Positions 1 through 12,344 of a DNA stretch of 64,000 nt are shown one piece after another. This DNA comes from a virus: IMG/VR virus record IMGVR_UViG_3300024581_002845. One strand, 5' to 3'. The position numbers and the translations under genes are program-made. Each line of letters opens with the position of its first letter. Positions within the stretch are counted from its first letter, which is position 1. The notes beneath the pieces were generated by a model. It ran no database searches, had not been told where the DNA came from, and was given only the letters and a program-made list of their open reading frames with translations.

Positions 1-3000
1 ATAAATACCCGATCCACTGATTGTCGATCCCGTACTTATGAAGATATTTTTATAAATCGCCGTACCACATTCAGGTGGACAATCCACTGATGTTGGTGAT
101 GGGGTTGGAGTAGGACTTGGCGATGCAGTAGGTGTTGGAGTTGCAATATTCACATCTACCCCGAAATCACAGTTAGGTGTTGGGCTCGGTGATGGGCTCG
201 GACTTGGTGACGGTGTTGGTGATGGACTTGCCGTTGGATCAGGTGTACTACTTGGTGTAGGGCTTGGACTCGCAGTTGGGTTAGGTGTACTACTTGGTGT
301 AGGACTCGGTGATGGAGTCGGTGTAGGAGTCGCAATATCAGTATCTACTCCGAAATCACAGTTTGGTGTAGGTGAAGGACTTGGAGACGGTGAAGGACTT
401 GGAGATGGTGATGGACTTGCCGTTGGATCAGGTGTACTACTTGGTGTAGGTGATGGGCTTGCAGTTGGATTTGGAGTACTACTTGGGGTAGGACTCGGTG
501 TAGGGCTCGGTGATGGTGTAGGTGTTGGAGTTGCAATATCTATGTCAACACCGAAATCACAATTAGGTGTTATACTTGGTGTAGGACTCGGTGATGGGGA
601 TGGCGATGGGCTCGGAGTCGGTGATGGACTTGCCGTTGGATCAGGTGTGCTACTTGGTGTAGGTGATGCCGTTGGATCAGGTGTACTACTTGGTGTAGGT
701 GATGCCGTTGGTGCTGGTGTTGCACTTGGTGATGGCGTAGGTGTTGGAGTTGCAATATCAGTATCTACCCCGAAGTCACAATTAGGTGTCGGAGTCGGTG
801 ATGGACTCGCAGTTGGGTTTGGAGTACTACTTGGCGTAGGGCTCGGTGATGGGCTTGGAGTTGGAGATTGGCTTGGGGTTGGAGTTGGAGTTGCAATATT
901 AACATCTACCCCAAAATCACAATTCGGTGTTGGACTTGGACTTGGAGACGCAGTTGGGTTTGGAGTACTACTTGGGGTAGGACTCGGAGTCGCACTTGGT
1001 GACGGTGTTGGTGTAGGAGTTGCGATATCAGTATCTACACCAAAGTCACAATTAGGTGTTGGGCTTGGTGATGGTGTAGGTGATGCCGTTGGTTCTGCCG
1101 TAGCCGGTGGTGTTGCTGTTGGATTAGGTGTTGGTTCAGGAGTTGCGTTAGGTGTTGCTGTTGGTGTAGGGGTTGAAATGTTTACATCAACTCCGAAGTC
1201 ACAATCTGCAGTCGCTGATGGTGATGGTGTTGGAGTAGGACTTGCGGTAGTTGATGGTGTAGGGGTAGGAGTACTACTTGGGCTTGGTGTTGGTGTAGGA
1301 GTTGAAATGTCAGTATCTACTCCGAAATCACAATTAGGAGTACTACTTGGTGTAGGCGATGCCGTTGGTTCAGGTGTACTACTTGGTGTTGGAGTTGGGG
1401 TAGGTTCCTGTGTTGACGATGGGGTTGGAGTTGTTATATCAGTATCTACACCAAAGTCACAATTTGGGGTTGGTGTAGGACTCGCAGTTGTTGATGGGGT
1501 TGGAGTTGGTGTTGCGGTTGTTGATGATGTTGGGGTTGGAGTTGCAATATCGGTATCAACTCCGAAATCACAGTCCGCAGTTGCTGATGGTGACGGAGTT
1601 GGTGTAGGACTCGCAGTTGTTGAAGGGGTTGGAGTTGGAGTTGCAATATCAGTATCTACTCCGAAATCACAGTCCGCAGTTGCCGTTGGACTTGGTGTTG
1701 GAGTAGGACTACTACTTGGTGTAGGTGTAGGAGTTGCGATATCAGTATCTACACCGAAATCACAATCTGCGGTTGCCGATGGACTTGGTGTTGGTGTTGG
1801 ACTTGCAGTGGTTGAAGGTGTAGGGGTTGGGGTTGATATGTTTGTATCTACACCGAAGTCACAGTCTGTGGTTGCCGTTGGGGTTGGTGAATGACTTGGT
1901 GTTGGGGTTGGTGTTGCGATATCAGTATCTACACCGAAGTCACAGTCTGCAGTTGCCGAAGGTGATGGGCTTGGTGTTGGTGTAGGGGTTGAACTTTCTG
2001 TTGGTGATGGTGATGGTGTAGGGGTCGCAATATCGGTATCAACTCCAAAATCACAATCGGCTGTTGCTGAAGGTGACGGTGTTGGTGTAGGATCTGCAGT
2101 TACACTTGGACTCGGAGTTGGAGTCGGTTCCGCAGTTACACTTGGGCTCGGAGTTGGTGTAGGATCCGCAGTTACACTTGGACTCGGTGATGGTGTAGGA
2201 TCCGCAGTTACACTTGGACTCGGTGATGGTGTTGGTGTTGGTATTGGAGTTGAACTTTCTGTTGGTGATGGTGTTGGTTCAAAATATTCTTCAAAATCAC
2301 CGTCAATGTCACAATCCTGTGTTACTGTTGGGGTTGGTGTAGGTTCAGGAGTACTTGTGCCTGTTGGTTCAGGTGTACTACTCGCCGTAGGTTCAGGAGT
2401 ACTTGTGCCTGTTGGTTCAGGTGTACTTGTAGATGTTGGTTCAGGTGTACTACTCGCCGTAGGTTCAGGTGTACTACTCGCAGTTGGTTCAGGTGTTTCT
2501 GTTGCGGTTGGTGCCGGTGTTGCCTCAGGTGTACTACTCGCAGTTGGTTCAGGTGTTTCTGTTGCGGTAGGTTCAGGTGTACTACTTGCCGTTGGTTCAG
2601 GTGTACTACTTGGGGTTGGAGTTGGTGTTGTATTAGGGGTACTACTTGGGGTTGGTGTAGGTTCAGGAGTACTACTCGGAGTAGGACTCTGAGTTGGGTA
2701 TGGTGTCGGTGTTGGTGTGGATGTTGGTTCGGGCATTCTTGTCTGTCCAACACAATATCTACTAATCTCATATGTGATTGAACCGTCATTTACGATATCA
2801 ATGATTTCATAACAATCATTGTTAACATATTGAATCACATTTGCACTTTGAGTGATTAATTGTATTTCAACAAAATCACCTATAGAGTAATTGGAATCGT
2901 ATACCGCGTATTTTATATCACCTAAATTATAGTTACGTAATTTAAACGCGGTTATCTCATTACAATCTATGTCAAAGACAGGTCTTTCTAAATCATTGAT

Positions 3001-6000
3001 ATGTGGTATATCCTTACAATCAAGTTCGTCTTGGAAGTACTGTTGTGTATTCAGATCTAAGTTTTCAAACTTCTGTTCTGTGTGTTGTAATAGAATTAAA
3101 TCTTCCCCATCTCCATTAAAGATAACAACAGTATCACATGGGAAATCCGTATGTCCTGAAGGGACATTTAGAACCGTTACGTTTAAATGGTAATAAAGAT
3201 CTCTACTACAATAGTCCAAATCCAATGAAGTGACCTCCACCGGAAATCCAAATTCATTAATTAAGTAATCACCATTCTCATAGTAATCCTCATCATAACT
3301 ACAACATGGGTCCACACCTTCTTCAGGTCTAACTGTTAATTCTTCAGGATATTTCTCAATAAATTCAAAACGACCACTGTCGTTGGTCAGTACTCTTACC
3401 TTACTATTGGGGAGGACACTGAATCTATTATTAATCCTATTAACCTTAATAGACCCCATACAATCCTTATTGTCAACTAAGACTGTTTGGTACCACATAG
3501 AGAATCCATAACCCTCTATAGGTGAATCAAAGAAAGACTGTGAACCATACGGACAATCTTTATAAGATGCCGATAATAGGTGGTCCCCAATTTTAACATC
3601 TTCTGCATTTATATATGTTGCACCCCCCGAATCAATATGTGTTTGAATGTCTCTCCAATCATCAGTTTCCCCAATGATAAGACCGTCATTTAATTTTAAG
3701 ACTTTAGTATTTTGTCTAATACCATAATCGAATGTTGGTCTGTATTGAACCTTAGGATGTAATGTGTATCCAAAGTAGTTATCACAATATGTTACTCCAC
3801 TCTGAGATTCAATCGGGTTTTGATTTTCATTAGGTAAGAAAGAATCTATAGTGTAATTAAAGTAATGACTCTTACCTGTGGGGTCCCACTCCATTTTTTG
3901 TTGGAGACCTTCTATCCTGATTTTTTGATCACAGTTCGCCGCATCAGTAATGATGACATCAAAAACGTCCGTCTCTTTAACATCTCTAATAACAAACGTA
4001 CATGAATTTATACCATTAGATACCGAACCTGAGGACCCACCCTCATCAAAGTCCGCACCCATAGCGCATGGACCTAAGTATTCGACAGTGTATCCTGTGA
4101 TAGCCTCATTGTACCCACCCACACAATTCAAGAATATATTTACCGGCCAATCGGTATTGTATGGTGGACAATCAGTACATGGGTCACCATCGTCTACAGT
4201 ATCTTCATTTCCAAAAGTAATACCTGAAACTTCCAAGTAAATGTCAGAAGACAACGTACAGTTATCTTCATCTTCAGGTAAAACATACATATCTCCTGTA
4301 CCACGAACACTAACCTGTGGGTCACATTCGGTACTTCCTGTCAAATATGCCGATGACCAATAAAAATCAAACGTGGATGGATCGATACAATCGAAGTCAG
4401 TTTCTAAGTACTGATCACCATTGTATGGCCAATTAGGGTTTAAAGTGTAAAGTTGTACATCATATTTGTACGGTACTATCTTGATCTTTCTAACACCATC
4501 ACTATCAGTGTATATTTCAAAACTTAGTATTGGTGCAATTTCATAATCATATTGCTCACTATTAGACGTTAATTCAGTATTGAAATTTGTGTCTGTTTCA
4601 GTATTTCCCGTTGAATATTCGAACCATCCCGCATGATGAGATATCGTATCATATCCCGTGTACTTGGTTCTCTTATAGAACATCTTATTGATTTGATTAT
4701 CAATAATGTCTCTAAGTTCGTTCTCCCATAAACAATCAAGTATCTCTCTCTGCGGATTCAAGTGACACTTAAAGTCACAAAGAAGTGGAAGGTGTCTCGT
4801 TTTATCAAACTGAACACCATTAAAATCAACCTCTTGTATTGAAGTGCAATCTGATGTTATTTCAAATGGATCAAATAATCCCGCATGTGTGTACTGTTTT
4901 GTGATTTGATCACAAGTCATACCACTTTGTATATTGATCGTTTCACCACTTAGGGTGATGGTATCATCACCGGTGAAAGTTAGTCCGTTAAAATCGATGT
5001 GAAGGGTGTAAGTGACCCCACTAATAATTGTTAAACCTCTGAAAACATCCTTATCACCAAGGATTAGTGTTTCTAAATCTTCTTCAATTGCCGTTTCGAA
5101 TTCAGGAAAAACAACATCAGTGTACTCATTAATTCGACATGGTTTTTCATAGTCATATTTTGATCTACCAAATGCATGGTTTTCAATGACATTACCCCCT
5201 GTCCATAATGTGGTTGCGGGAACAAATTGTTCAATGATCTCAACCCAATGAGGACTAATTCTATTAACAAACTCGTTAATTGTTGGGTTACTGTATGGGT
5301 TAGGTACGGTTTCTAAATAACTTGAATAGATATCCTGTAATTGGATGTATGATTTTTGGAACCTAACCGTATGTGAGTTTCTTATTTGTTCATTTAAAAC
5401 CTGATCTAAGAATTCCGCAAACGTAAAACCTGTTTGTGGAGGTAGAGTATTGGTACCAAATGATACCTCTAACTCTCTCGATTGTCTATAAATGTCGTAT
5501 TCAATACCCTGAGCGGAAGAAACATATATCTGTATGTTCTTTCTGTTGAGTGTTTGTGAATCTTCATCACCTAATAACTCCGCCTTTAGGTTATCAATTG
5601 TGTTATGCAATTCATAACCGTAATCAAGACCATAAAACTGTCTATGTAAATCAAAATAATCCTCACCGTAGGTAAAGTCTTTATTTTTGGTTTTAATAAT
5701 CTTAGGATTTACCGTTAGATCTGAATTTTCCTCGTCTAATTCAAGACTTGACCTGTGTTCTAAAGTTTCTTCGTACCAACCCGCACCTTTTTGGAAGAAT
5801 ACATCATTATCTTCACTGATGATTGGTTGTACATCACCGAATTTGGTTGTGCCTGTTAAGACTATTGGGTATTCATTAGTATTGTACGATGTCGTCCCCG
5901 AAGTGACCGAAACACCATATGTAAAACCTGTTGTACTTAACTCACCTATTGTAAATGTCTTAGTACCTTGTGTAAGGTCGTAGATATCACTATCAATGTC

Positions 6001-7464
6001 AATATCATTCTTTCTTACATCCTCAAATCTATAGGTGTGTTCGTTGATTTTAATCAACGGTTCAGGTGCACCAATAAATCTTAAAAAGAATTCTATTGCT
6101 TTCCTTGTACCTTTAGATTTATATATGTGGACAAGATTAATAACTAATCTTCTGTAGAACTCAATCTCCGCCTCAACGACGTTCATCCCAAGACTTACCC
6201 CATCAAATTGACTTTCAACTCTCGAATACAGGGTTTGTTCTAATCTTTTCTCATCAAAAAGGTTTACGTTATCTAAACCTAATGTGTTGGATAGATTCTT
6301 TAATAGGGTGTCAGGTATGTTATTGATTTTATCATAACTCACATTTCTCATGTAAGCTATGTTGTCAATAAATTTCTTTATACTATCAAACCCACCACCA
6401 TAAATTTGGAATATGGACCCCATTCTTTGGTCCTCAGTGTCAAATTCATTTAAAGATGCTGTGGTTAAGAACCTTGTGATGATATTGGATTTATATTGAT
6501 CTACCTCATCACCTATTGTTTTTAGTTTATCAAGATATCCCGCATATTGGGTACCTGCAATCTTAATGTTCCAACCGTCTTTAAAGATCGGCCAACTTAC
6601 ACGTGTTATTGTGGTTTCTGTTTTTGACCCGTCTAAACTATCTTGTGGTAATTTAAACTCGATTGTGTATTTAGGGGTACTCTCTCTATCTATAATGAGT
6701 GATTCTAAATCATCTAAACCCCCGTAGAATTCCTCTACAATTGAATCAATAGGTCTTACTAAATAACTTTGATCGTATGTTGACCCCGTAAAGGGTTTAC
6801 CTTTAACTGTTAAGGTTATTAAACCATCATTACCCGCTTTTTGGTAATTGATGATATCGAATGTCTTACCCTCAACTGATAAGGTGTATTTTTTATATTT
6901 TGAAAAGAAGTTTCTAAACTCATTTATAACCTCGGGTTGTGTATTACTTTGAGGTTTATCAAGTACAATATCCAACGGATTGAATATTTTCGACTTCTCT
7001 AATTTAAAGGTTGTGATATTACTACCTGAATTGTAGTTAATATTCTCAGCGGTGTATTGTGAGAATGATACGGGAGTATCTGCATCAATATAGAATCCCG
7101 CAGGAAACTTCTCAATGATTCTTTTAACCGACGCAGAAAGTCTTTTACTTAATGACCCATATAAAGTTTTATTACCTCCATCTTTATTGGATCTGAAAGT
7201 TACCTTCTTGTCTTTTGTTTTTTGTGATGTTGATGACTGTGTTTGTGGAGCTTCTGTTTCCTGATTTAAATCATCTAATGTTAAAAATTCAGAGAACGGA
7301 AGACTCTTAAAACTTTTATTATCTCTCTCAGGAATGGATTTTTCTACAGAAAAGTTAGTGGCAGTAAGTTGTGACGACCCATCGGTAATTTGATTACCGA
7401 CCAAGTTGTCGTTAAAGGTTTCCCTTCCACTTGCTACCTGACTTGGAACTTTTCTTTTCGCCAT
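1..7464 (-). CDS. Giant baseplate wedge/fibre-like protein (>2488 aa, runs off the left edge); gp7/P2-gpI-like region, degenerate Hint-like domain, Pro/Thr/Ser-rich repeats
   Basis: Absent from the ORF track. ATG at 7462-7464 overlaps the upstream gene's TAA (TAATG) and reads [29 protein letters not shown]. The same frame was open at the points checked (about 6100, 5050, 3080-3730, 1-100). Contains [20 protein letters not shown] (about 6070-6130), a KGT motif typical of P2 gpI/gp7-like wedge proteins. Confidence 0.85.
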   Translation of the reverse strand, partial: MAKRKVPSQVASGRETFNDNLVGNQITDGSSQLTATNFSVEKSIPERDNKSFKSLPFSEFLTLDDLNQETEAPQTQSSTSQKTKDKKVTFRSNKDGGNKTLYGSLSKRLSASVKRIIEKFPAGFYIDADTPVSFSQYTAENINYNSGSNITTFKLEKSKIFNPLDIVLDKPQSNTQPEVINEFRNFFSKYKKYTLSVEGKTFDIINYQKAGNDGLITLTVKGKPFTGSTYDQSYLVRPIDSIVEEFYGGLDDLESLIIDRESTPKYTIEFKLPQDSLDGSKTETTITRVSWPIFKDGWNIKIAGTQYAGYLDKLKTIGDEVDQYKSNIITRFLTTASLNEFDTEDQRMGSIFQIYGGGFDSIKKFIDNIAYMRNVSYDKINNIPDTLLKNLSNTLGLDNVNLFDEKRLEQTLYSRVESQFDGVSLGMNVVEAEIEFYRRLVINLVHIYKSKGTRKAIEFFLRFIGAPEPLIKINEHTYRFEDVRKNDIDIDSDIYDLTQGTKTFTIGELSTTGFTYGVSVTSGTTSYNTNEYPIVLTGTTKFGDVQPIISEDNDVFFQKGAGWYEETLEHRSSLELDEENSDLTVNPKIIKTKNKDFTYGEDYFDLHRQFYGLDYGYELHNTIDNLKAELLGDEDSQTLNRKNIQIYVSSAQGIEYDIYRQSRELEVSFGTNTLPPQTGFTFAEFLDQVLNEQIRNSHTVRFQKSYIQLQDIYSSYLETVPNPYSNPTINEFVNRISPHWVEIIEQFVPATTLWTGGNVIENHAFGRSKYDYEKPCRINEYTDVVFPEFETAIEEDLETLILGDKDVFRGLTIISGVTYTLHIDFNGLTFTGDDTITLSGETINIQSGMTCDQITKQYTHAGLFDPFEITSDCTSIQEVDFNGVQFDKTRHLPLLCDFKCHLNPQREILDCLWENELRDIIDNQINKMFYKRTKYTGYDTISHHAGWFEYSTGNTETDTNFNTELTSNSEQYDYEIAPILSFEIYTDSDGVRKIKIVPYKYDVQLYTLNPNWPYNGDQYLETDFDCIDPSTFDFYWSSAYLTGSTECDPQVSVRGTGDMYVLPEDEDNCTLSSDIYLEVSGITFGNEDTVDDGDPCTDCPPYNTDWPVNIFLNCVGGYNEAITGYTVEYLGPCAMGADFDEGGSSGSVSNGINSCTFVIRDVKETDVFDVIITDAANCDQKIRIEGLQQKMEWDPTGKSHYFNYTIDSFLPNENQNPIESQSGVTYCDNYFGYTLHPKVQYRPTFDYGIRQNTKVLKLNDGLIIGETDDWRDIQTHIDSGGATYINAEDVKIGDHLLSASYKDCPYGSQSFFDSPIEGYGFSMWYQTVLVDNKDCMGSIKVNRINNRFSVLPNSKVRVLTNDSGRFEFIEKYPEELTVRPEEGVDPCCSYDEDYYENGDYLINEFGFPVEVTSLDLDYCSRDLYYHLNVTVLNVPSGHTDFPCDTVVIFNGDGEDLILLQHTEQKFENLDLNTQQYFQDELDCKDIPHINDLERPVFDIDCNEITAFKLRNYNLGDIKYAVYDSNYSIGDFVEIQLITQSANVIQYVNNDCYEIIDIVNDGSITYEISRYCVGQTRMPEPTSTPTPTPYPTQSPTPSSTPEPTPTPSSTPNTTPTPTPSSTPEPTASSTPEPTATETPEPTASSTPEATPAPTATETPEPTASSTPEPTASSTPEPTSTSTPEPTGTSTPEPTASSTPEPTGTSTPEPTPTPTVTQDCDIDGDFEEYFEPTPSPTESSTPIPTPTPSPSPSVTADPTPSPSPSVTADPTPTPSPSVTAEPTPTPSPSVTADPTPTPSPSATADCDFGVDTDIATPTPSPSPTESSTPTPTPSPSPSATADCDFGVDTDIATPTPTPSHSPTPTATTDCDFGVDTNISTPTPTPSTTASPTPTPSPSATADCDFGVDTDIATPTPTPSSSPTPTPSPTATADCDFGVDTDIATPTPTPSTTASPTPTPSPSATADCDFGVDTDIATPTPTSSTTATPTPTPSTTASPTPTPNCDFGVDTDITTPTPSSTQEPTPTPTPSSTPEPTASPTPSSTPNCDFGVDTDISTPTPTPSPSSTPTPTPSTTASPTPTPSPSATADCDFGVDVNISTPTPTATPNATPEPTPNPTATPPATAEPTASPTPSPSPTPNCDFGVDTDIATPTPTPSPSATPSPTPSSTPNPTASPSPSPTPNCDFGVDVNIATPTPTPSQSPTPSPSPSPTPSSTPNPTASPSPTPTPNCDFGVDTDIATPTPTPSPSATPAPTASPTPSSTPDPTASPTPSSTPDPTASPSPTPSPSPSPSPSPTPSITPNCDFGVDIDIATPTPTPSPSPTPSPTPSSTPNPTASPSPTPSSTPDPTASPSPSPSPSPSPSPSPTPNCDFGVDTDIATPTPTPSPSPTPSSTPNPTASPSPTPSSTPDPTASPSPTPSPSPSPSPSPTPNCDFGVDVNIATPTPTASPSPTPTPSPTSVDCPPECGTAIYKNIFISTGSTISGSGIY
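85..2730 (-). repeat. Low-complexity coding repeat array: Pro/Thr/Ser linkers punctuated by 15 copies of [ND]CDFGVD[TVI][DN]I, then EPTxxSTP 24-nt units
   Basis: CC(G/A)AA(A/G)TCACA recurs on the + strand at about 161, 350, 551, 770, 911, 1040, 1193, 1322, 1451, 1562, 1661, 1754, 1853, 1934 and 2045; 24-nt GGTTCAGG-based units occur at 2330-2690. Confidence 0.95.
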
Positions 7465-8378
7465 TATTCTGTGATGTCATCAAAGTTTTTAGTTTCATCA
7501 ATTTCGTCCCTTTCTTCCCTCACCTCGAACAGTGTCTCGTTGAACTCATCTCTCACTTCAAACAGGTTGAATTGTTTGTAAATGTTGTTTTCCGCATCGT
7601 AAATTGTGTAGATACCGTCAGAAATAGATTTCGTTTGGTTTCCATAGAATGCATGTGCTAAGGTTGACTCATCGTGTTCAACCATTTCAACCTCGATCGT
7701 GGTTGGGTTAAAAAATGTATTTGATAGAATGATATTTTGTGACGGTTCACCGATAAATGGTACTGTATTAGGTCTACTCGAAGGTGCCGAAGATGGTGTT
7801 ACTGTCAAAAACAAAAGGTTTGTTGATTGATCAGTGTATTGGTATCTAATCGCCTTTTGAGTAGTACTCGTTAGATTCGATGTGATCGGAGTACAGTAAA
7901 ATGAGGAAGTAACCACCCTATAAAAATTAGGTATTTTACTACCATCACTGTTTAAATACTCAATTCTATACCCTACTAAACCTTGGGGTGTGAATTTATT
8001 TCTGTCATCAGACGGTACATTACTTAAATCGATAATAATACCTCTCACTGATGGTAAAGACGCAAGAACACCACAATCTGTTATAGATGTTCTAATTTGT
8101 TTTGGTCTTAGATGTAATGTGTAAACACCCAACTCATCAAAATCGGATGAGTCTAATTTTAAATTATACATTCCACCTAAAATTTCAGTGTCAACGGCAT
8201 CAGTAGCATCTGTCGTATCTGAATTGTGAAAGACAGGTGTTAATACATCTTCTGAGTCTAATTTTTTAAGTAGGACAGGTGCCGTAGCGGTTCTTCCCGA
8301 AACGTAATGGTAGAAAATTTCTACATCCGCGGGTGATACATCTGCCGGTCTAACTGTCCCATAACTACCTACTGCCAT
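7464..8378 (-). CDS. Putative virion/baseplate structural protein (304 aa)
   Basis: Long ORF in the baseplate cluster, preceded by the TATTTAT motif and coupled to the giant downstream gene. No recognised catalytic motif. Confidence 0.6.
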   Translation of the reverse strand: MAVGSYGTVRPADVSPADVEIFYHYVSGRTATAPVLLKKLDSEDVLTPVFHNSDTTDATDAVDTEILGGMYNLKLDSSDFDELGVYTLHLRPKQIRTSITDCGVLASLPSVRGIIIDLSNVPSDDRNKFTPQGLVGYRIEYLNSDGSKIPNFYRVVTSSFYCTPITSNLTSTTQKAIRYQYTDQSTNLLFLTVTPSSAPSSRPNTVPFIGEPSQNIILSNTFFNPTTIEVEMVEHDESTLAHAFYGNQTKSISDGIYTIYDAENNIYKQFNLFEVRDEFNETLFEVREERDEIDETKNFDDITE

Positions 8379-8403
8379 AATCTTTTAATTAATAAATATT
8401 ATT

Positions 8404-9318
8404 CTATTGTTTTTTAACTTGAAAAAATCCATTACCGTAGATATCTATTTCACCTACGTTGTCTATTTCTCCAAGTCTCAAATTCATTTCTAATACTCCT
8501 TGTTTTCCTCTTTCCACAAATACATCAGAGTAAATGTCAGGTTCGTCTATAAAACCAATAAAATGTTCGTTCCTCGTTAACATCTCATTGAAGACCTCTT
8601 CCTTGTAAAAATTGGTGGTAGAACCTGTAATAGTCGTTGCACCATTATTGTAATCCCTATAGGTTAAATTATCAATGGTGTATTCTGTATATGTACCCAC
8701 AGAATCAGATCCTAATGTTGTGCCTTGATATGTGTTCTCACCATATCTCTTTAATTCACTCAACCTACTTCTTCCCATAGCCGCGAAGTATATTGCTGCA
8801 TCCGCATCATTATCAGTCACATCAAGGTCATTGATGTAATTCTGTGATGTGGTTATATTGGTATAGGGAATAGTGAAAGGACCAAACGTACCATCTTGGT
8901 TAGTGACTGTTGTATTCTCAGGAACTGTAATTTTTTTAGATATTTTTCTCTGAGTCCAACTATTTTCTAATTCAATACTTACCTCGTAAGTTCCTGCAGA
9001 TGGAAAAGTGTGTTGTACATATGAAAGGTTAGTACCTGTACTCACACCAATTGTTTGTGTGTTTCCATCACCCCAATTAATCGTGAAATTTTCATTTCTG
9101 ATTATTTTTAGTTTATCTCTATTAACAGTATTGTAAAATCTAATAGTATTACCTCCTGTATGTTGGTAGTGAAAATTGGTTATCTGTTCAACTTGTTCGA
9201 TATCACCATCAAAACCAACCATACCACCCATTTCATAGGCAGTAGAACTTAAATAAACAGGTAGATTGTAAGTCGTACCTGTGGTTGTCTTCAATATTTT
9301 GTGGTAATTCTTTTTCAT
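8404..9318 (-). CDS. PKD (Ig-like) domain structural protein (304 aa)
   Basis: PKD signature TINWGDGNTQT...HTFPSAGTYEVSI; baseplate gene context. Confidence 0.7.
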   Translation of the reverse strand: MKKNYHKILKTTTGTTYNLPVYLSSTAYEMGGMVGFDGDIEQVEQITNFHYQHTGGNTIRFYNTVNRDKLKIIRNENFTINWGDGNTQTIGVSTGTNLSYVQHTFPSAGTYEVSIELENSWTQRKISKKITVPENTTVTNQDGTFGPFTIPYTNITTSQNYINDLDVTDNDADAAIYFAAMGRSRLSELKRYGENTYQGTTLGSDSVGTYTEYTIDNLTYRDYNNGATTITGSTTNFYKEEVFNEMLTRNEHFIGFIDEPDIYSDVFVERGKQGVLEMNLRLGEIDNVGEIDIYGNGFFQVKKQ

Positions 9319-9320
9319 TT

Positions 9321-10586
9321 CTATTGGATAAGTATGTTAGCACTCGCCATTCCTGACGTTAATCCCCCATCTATTGTTAATACCGAACTTAGGGTGTATG
9401 TATACGTCCCAACAGGAACGGTTAAAACTGAACTATATACGGTGGTACTCCCCCCACTTGGATTCGTTACCGCCGTTTGTCCTAAACCTGAAATCTCTAA
9501 TAATGCATAAGAGATATTTGCATAGTTAAACGCCTTATATGATGATACATAAACCTGTACAGGACCACCAACAACAGTTAATGTACCTGTAGTTGTCCCC
9601 GTCGATGGATTATCACCCGGTAAACTCGTACTTACCGTTGCTGAAGTACCATTACTCCAATTAGCACCCGTAGTTGTAGTTGACGAAGGTGTGGGTGTTA
9701 ATGTAACAGTTGGTGTTGTGCTCGGTGTTGGTGTTAAGGTGGTTGTGGTTGATGATGGAGATGGTGTTGGTGTGTTAGATGTACCTCCCGTACCTCCAAT
9801 TTCATAAAATTTAATTGGATCTGAACTCTCTCCTCTTCTATTACCCCTTACAGTTCCCGTACTATCATAATCTCTAACTTCATAGTGATACGTTGGGGCA
9901 TCATCCCTATTCATCTCTACTAAGAAATACATATCGTCTTCTTCGACGAATGTAGTTGAATCCGATACTTGTTTATTCGCAAATTGGGTTCTACTTCCAT
10001 CCGCTGCGTTATAGAATTTTGCGGTCATATAAAAAGTAGTCCCCGTTAAAGTAGTTTCTTCTAAAACCGTATCGTCTTCAAACCAAAAGAGATACATATT
10101 CTCTTTATTCTTATAGTTTGACCCCATGAAAACAGGAACAAACATTTCGGTACTTATATCGTCAACAATCACCCTTTCCCCAATCGGTAATGATAAATTT
10201 TTCGCAAAAACTAAACGTCGATTTGATCTATTAGGTGCCTCGTTATTAGGGGTCTTATAAAATTCTAATCTGAAGAAACTATTTTTTACATCCGAAAGTA
10301 ATTTCGTTGTTTGGTCTAAACCTTGGGAAACATAATCCAAACCGTAATTTCCTGATTCATTTATAAAATAGAAATGGAACCATATATCCGTTTGATTTAT
10401 TCCATTGGATGTGTAGGGTTTATGTATATACCTACAAGTCTCATAATTCTCTATCGGATTTATGATACTCTCAAGGACCTCATCTTCGAAAGATTGGAAT
10501 GACTCATCCCACCCAGCGTCAGTTCTAAACGTCTGTTGTTGATTTAAAATTAACTTTTGGTCTTCACCATTGAATCTTATTCTCAT
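9321..10586 (-). CDS. Putative structural protein with Thr/Pro linker and C-terminal beta-rich domain (421 aa)
   Basis: ORF track; [12 protein letters not shown] linker followed by a Ser/Thr/Gly-rich domain. Confidence 0.6.
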   Translation of the reverse strand: MRIRFNGEDQKLILNQQQTFRTDAGWDESFQSFEDEVLESIINPIENYETCRYIHKPYTSNGINQTDIWFHFYFINESGNYGLDYVSQGLDQTTKLLSDVKNSFFRLEFYKTPNNEAPNRSNRRLVFAKNLSLPIGERVIVDDISTEMFVPVFMGSNYKNKENMYLFWFEDDTVLEETTLTGTTFYMTAKFYNAADGSRTQFANKQVSDSTTFVEEDDMYFLVEMNRDDAPTYHYEVRDYDSTGTVRGNRRGESSDPIKFYEIGGTGGTSNTPTPSPSSTTTTLTPTPSTTPTVTLTPTPSSTTTTGANWSNGTSATVSTSLPGDNPSTGTTTGTLTVVGGPVQVYVSSYKAFNYANISYALLEISGLGQTAVTNPSGGSTTVYSSVLTVPVGTYTYTLSSVLTIDGGLTSGMASANILIQ

Positions 10587-12344
10587 TTAACATATATCAT
10601 CTTCCGATCTTCTTCTTTGATTTCTGATTCCGTACGCTTTATTTCTAAACGAGTCCTCATTTCTAAAGTAGAAGTTTATGTCATTCTTGACGTAGTGTTG
10701 ATTGTTGTTAAACGGGAAATTTGTCCCAAATCCGTCAGGGTCTATATAACCATGGTCATATAAATCTCTCCATTTCCACAATCCAAGATAATCATCATAG
10801 ATTGTGTTGTCAGGTAAGTTCAATATATCATCAGTGTCTGATGTTTCAATATAGGGGGATAGTTCCCTTAATTTAACTTTATGATGGACTTTATATAAAT
10901 AACCCGAAGGGTTGGTTGTTGACGATCCTATGTATTTTGTTGGGTCTGTTTGATTATGATTGAATACCTCCTCGTTAGAACTTATTTTATGAAAACTATC
11001 AGAAAGAATTGTCTCCTTAAACTCAACATTATTGTACTCCACGAAATCACCGTTTAGGGTTGTCCCCAATGGTAGTTCTTCACCCATAGTAAATGTGATA
11101 CCGTCCTTCACCGTTGTTGTTGAAGGTAAATTAGTGTCACTACCACTAAAATTATTATCAAACTGATTGTCCACCCACGAGTCGTGCATATTAAACCTCC
11201 ACCCCATTCTTGGTGGGTAATTGAAGTATCCGTGTCCGTTTCTGAATATTGTGGTTACGAAAACCTCCGTTGGTACATACCCAAGGTTATTCCTATATTG
11301 GTTTAAGTCAATACTATTTTTAAAGTGATATAAGACACTCTCAGGTCTATTTTGTTCTACATATACATTATCCCTTTCATCTGCTGTTTCAAATTGTAGT
11401 TTTCTTTCAATTTCGAAGATCGGACTTTCAAAACCCGCATTATCTAAGATGTAATCATCTATTGTGGTAATCGTCTTATGTTTTCTTACGTAGTAATTTG
11501 AAATTGTTTCATCTATATTCTCTTTATCTAAACATTTTCGCCCAAAGACAACACCACTAATTGTTTGTGTGGGGGTGAAATCAGATTTGTTAAGATTTAA
11601 TGTATATTTTTCAGAATCATGATATTCGTTACCTAAAGATGTGATCCCGAACACTCTATCAATATTAGAACCCGAAGAAATTGTATCACCTGAGAGAACC
11701 ACATATTCACCTTGTTGCATATTGTGCGGTATCGGACTCGTTAATTCATAATAATTACCTTTATCCGTAACCCTAAATGGTACCCCCATTGAAGCGGTAA
11801 ATTCATAAGTCGTATTTCCCGATAAAGTATACCTCATATTATAATCAGGATCTGTATCGAACACATACGTCAGATAGATATTCCAATTCATAAATGGAGC
11901 ATCCATTTGTGTAAAATCAATGTGTCCTGTACCACCTGAAAGTGTTATATTTGGTTGGTAGTCGCCCACACTATTTGCGGATGGTAAGGATGTCTCCCTT
12001 ACATAATCACCCCTTAAAAATGCAAACTCGTTATACTGTTTAAATCCCTCATAATCTGTGGGGTCGTAAACTTCAGTAGTTAAAAATAAATTATTAAGTA
12101 GTGGCGAATAAGGTGAAGTTCCACTATATAGGTTTCTAAAAACCATATTTAACTTACCATATATTTTATAGTTAGAACTTTGATTCCTTTCTTTCCTATA
12201 TAATTCAGCAATATCAAGAATAATAGTTTTATCACCTTCCCTAAGTAATTTTTCGGTGCGTTCTAATCCCGCTCGAACCTGTAGGTCTTCGGATTCCGCC
12301 TTTTTAAATTTCTTAGTTGGTAATAATATTCTTTTATTTTCCAT
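10587..12344 (-). CDS. Putative baseplate-associated structural protein (585 aa)
   Basis: Long ORF tightly coupled to both neighbours in the baseplate cluster. Confidence 0.55.
   Translation of the reverse strand: MENKRILLPTKKFKKAESEDLQVRAGLERTEKLLREGDKTIILDIAELYRKERNQSSNYKIYGKLNMVFRNLYSGTSPYSPLLNNLFLTTEVYDPTDYEGFKQYNEFAFLRGDYVRETSLPSANSVGDYQPNITLSGGTGHIDFTQMDAPFMNWNIYLTYVFDTDPDYNMRYTLSGNTTYEFTASMGVPFRVTDKGNYYELTSPIPHNMQQGEYVVLSGDTISSGSNIDRVFGITSLGNEYHDSEKYTLNLNKSDFTPTQTISGVVFGRKCLDKENIDETISNYYVRKHKTITTIDDYILDNAGFESPIFEIERKLQFETADERDNVYVEQNRPESVLYHFKNSIDLNQYRNNLGYVPTEVFVTTIFRNGHGYFNYPPRMGWRFNMHDSWVDNQFDNNFSGSDTNLPSTTTVKDGITFTMGEELPLGTTLNGDFVEYNNVEFKETILSDSFHKISSNEEVFNHNQTDPTKYIGSSTTNPSGYLYKVHHKVKLRELSPYIETSDTDDILNLPDNTIYDDYLGLWKWRDLYDHGYIDPDGFGTNFPFNNNQHYVKNDINFYFRNEDSFRNKAYGIRNQRRRSEDDIC

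Noticed and set aside
542-1894. 450-aa Gly/Val-rich + strand ORF and similar ORFs (2306-2692, 58065-58766, 59118-59390, 59805-60074, 56156-56353, 63653-63856)
   Set aside because: Antisense shadows of Pro/Thr codons in the real minus-strand genes: CCN/ACN codons read as GGN/GTN-rich stop-poor frames on the other strand.
140-2060. Conserved ~30-nt repeat with variable spacers, superficially like a CRISPR array
   Set aside because: Repeats vary at codon wobble positions, spacing is 80-220 nt and in multiples of three, spacers are themselves low-complexity, the array lies in an open frame, and no cas genes are present.
345-2789. His/Gln/Leu-rich minus-strand ORFs (345-536, 570-755, 1446-1646, 2322-2789; also 58006-58749)
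   Set aside because: Alternative frames of the same low-complexity repeats; the continuous frame from ATG 7464 (or 61318) explains the region.
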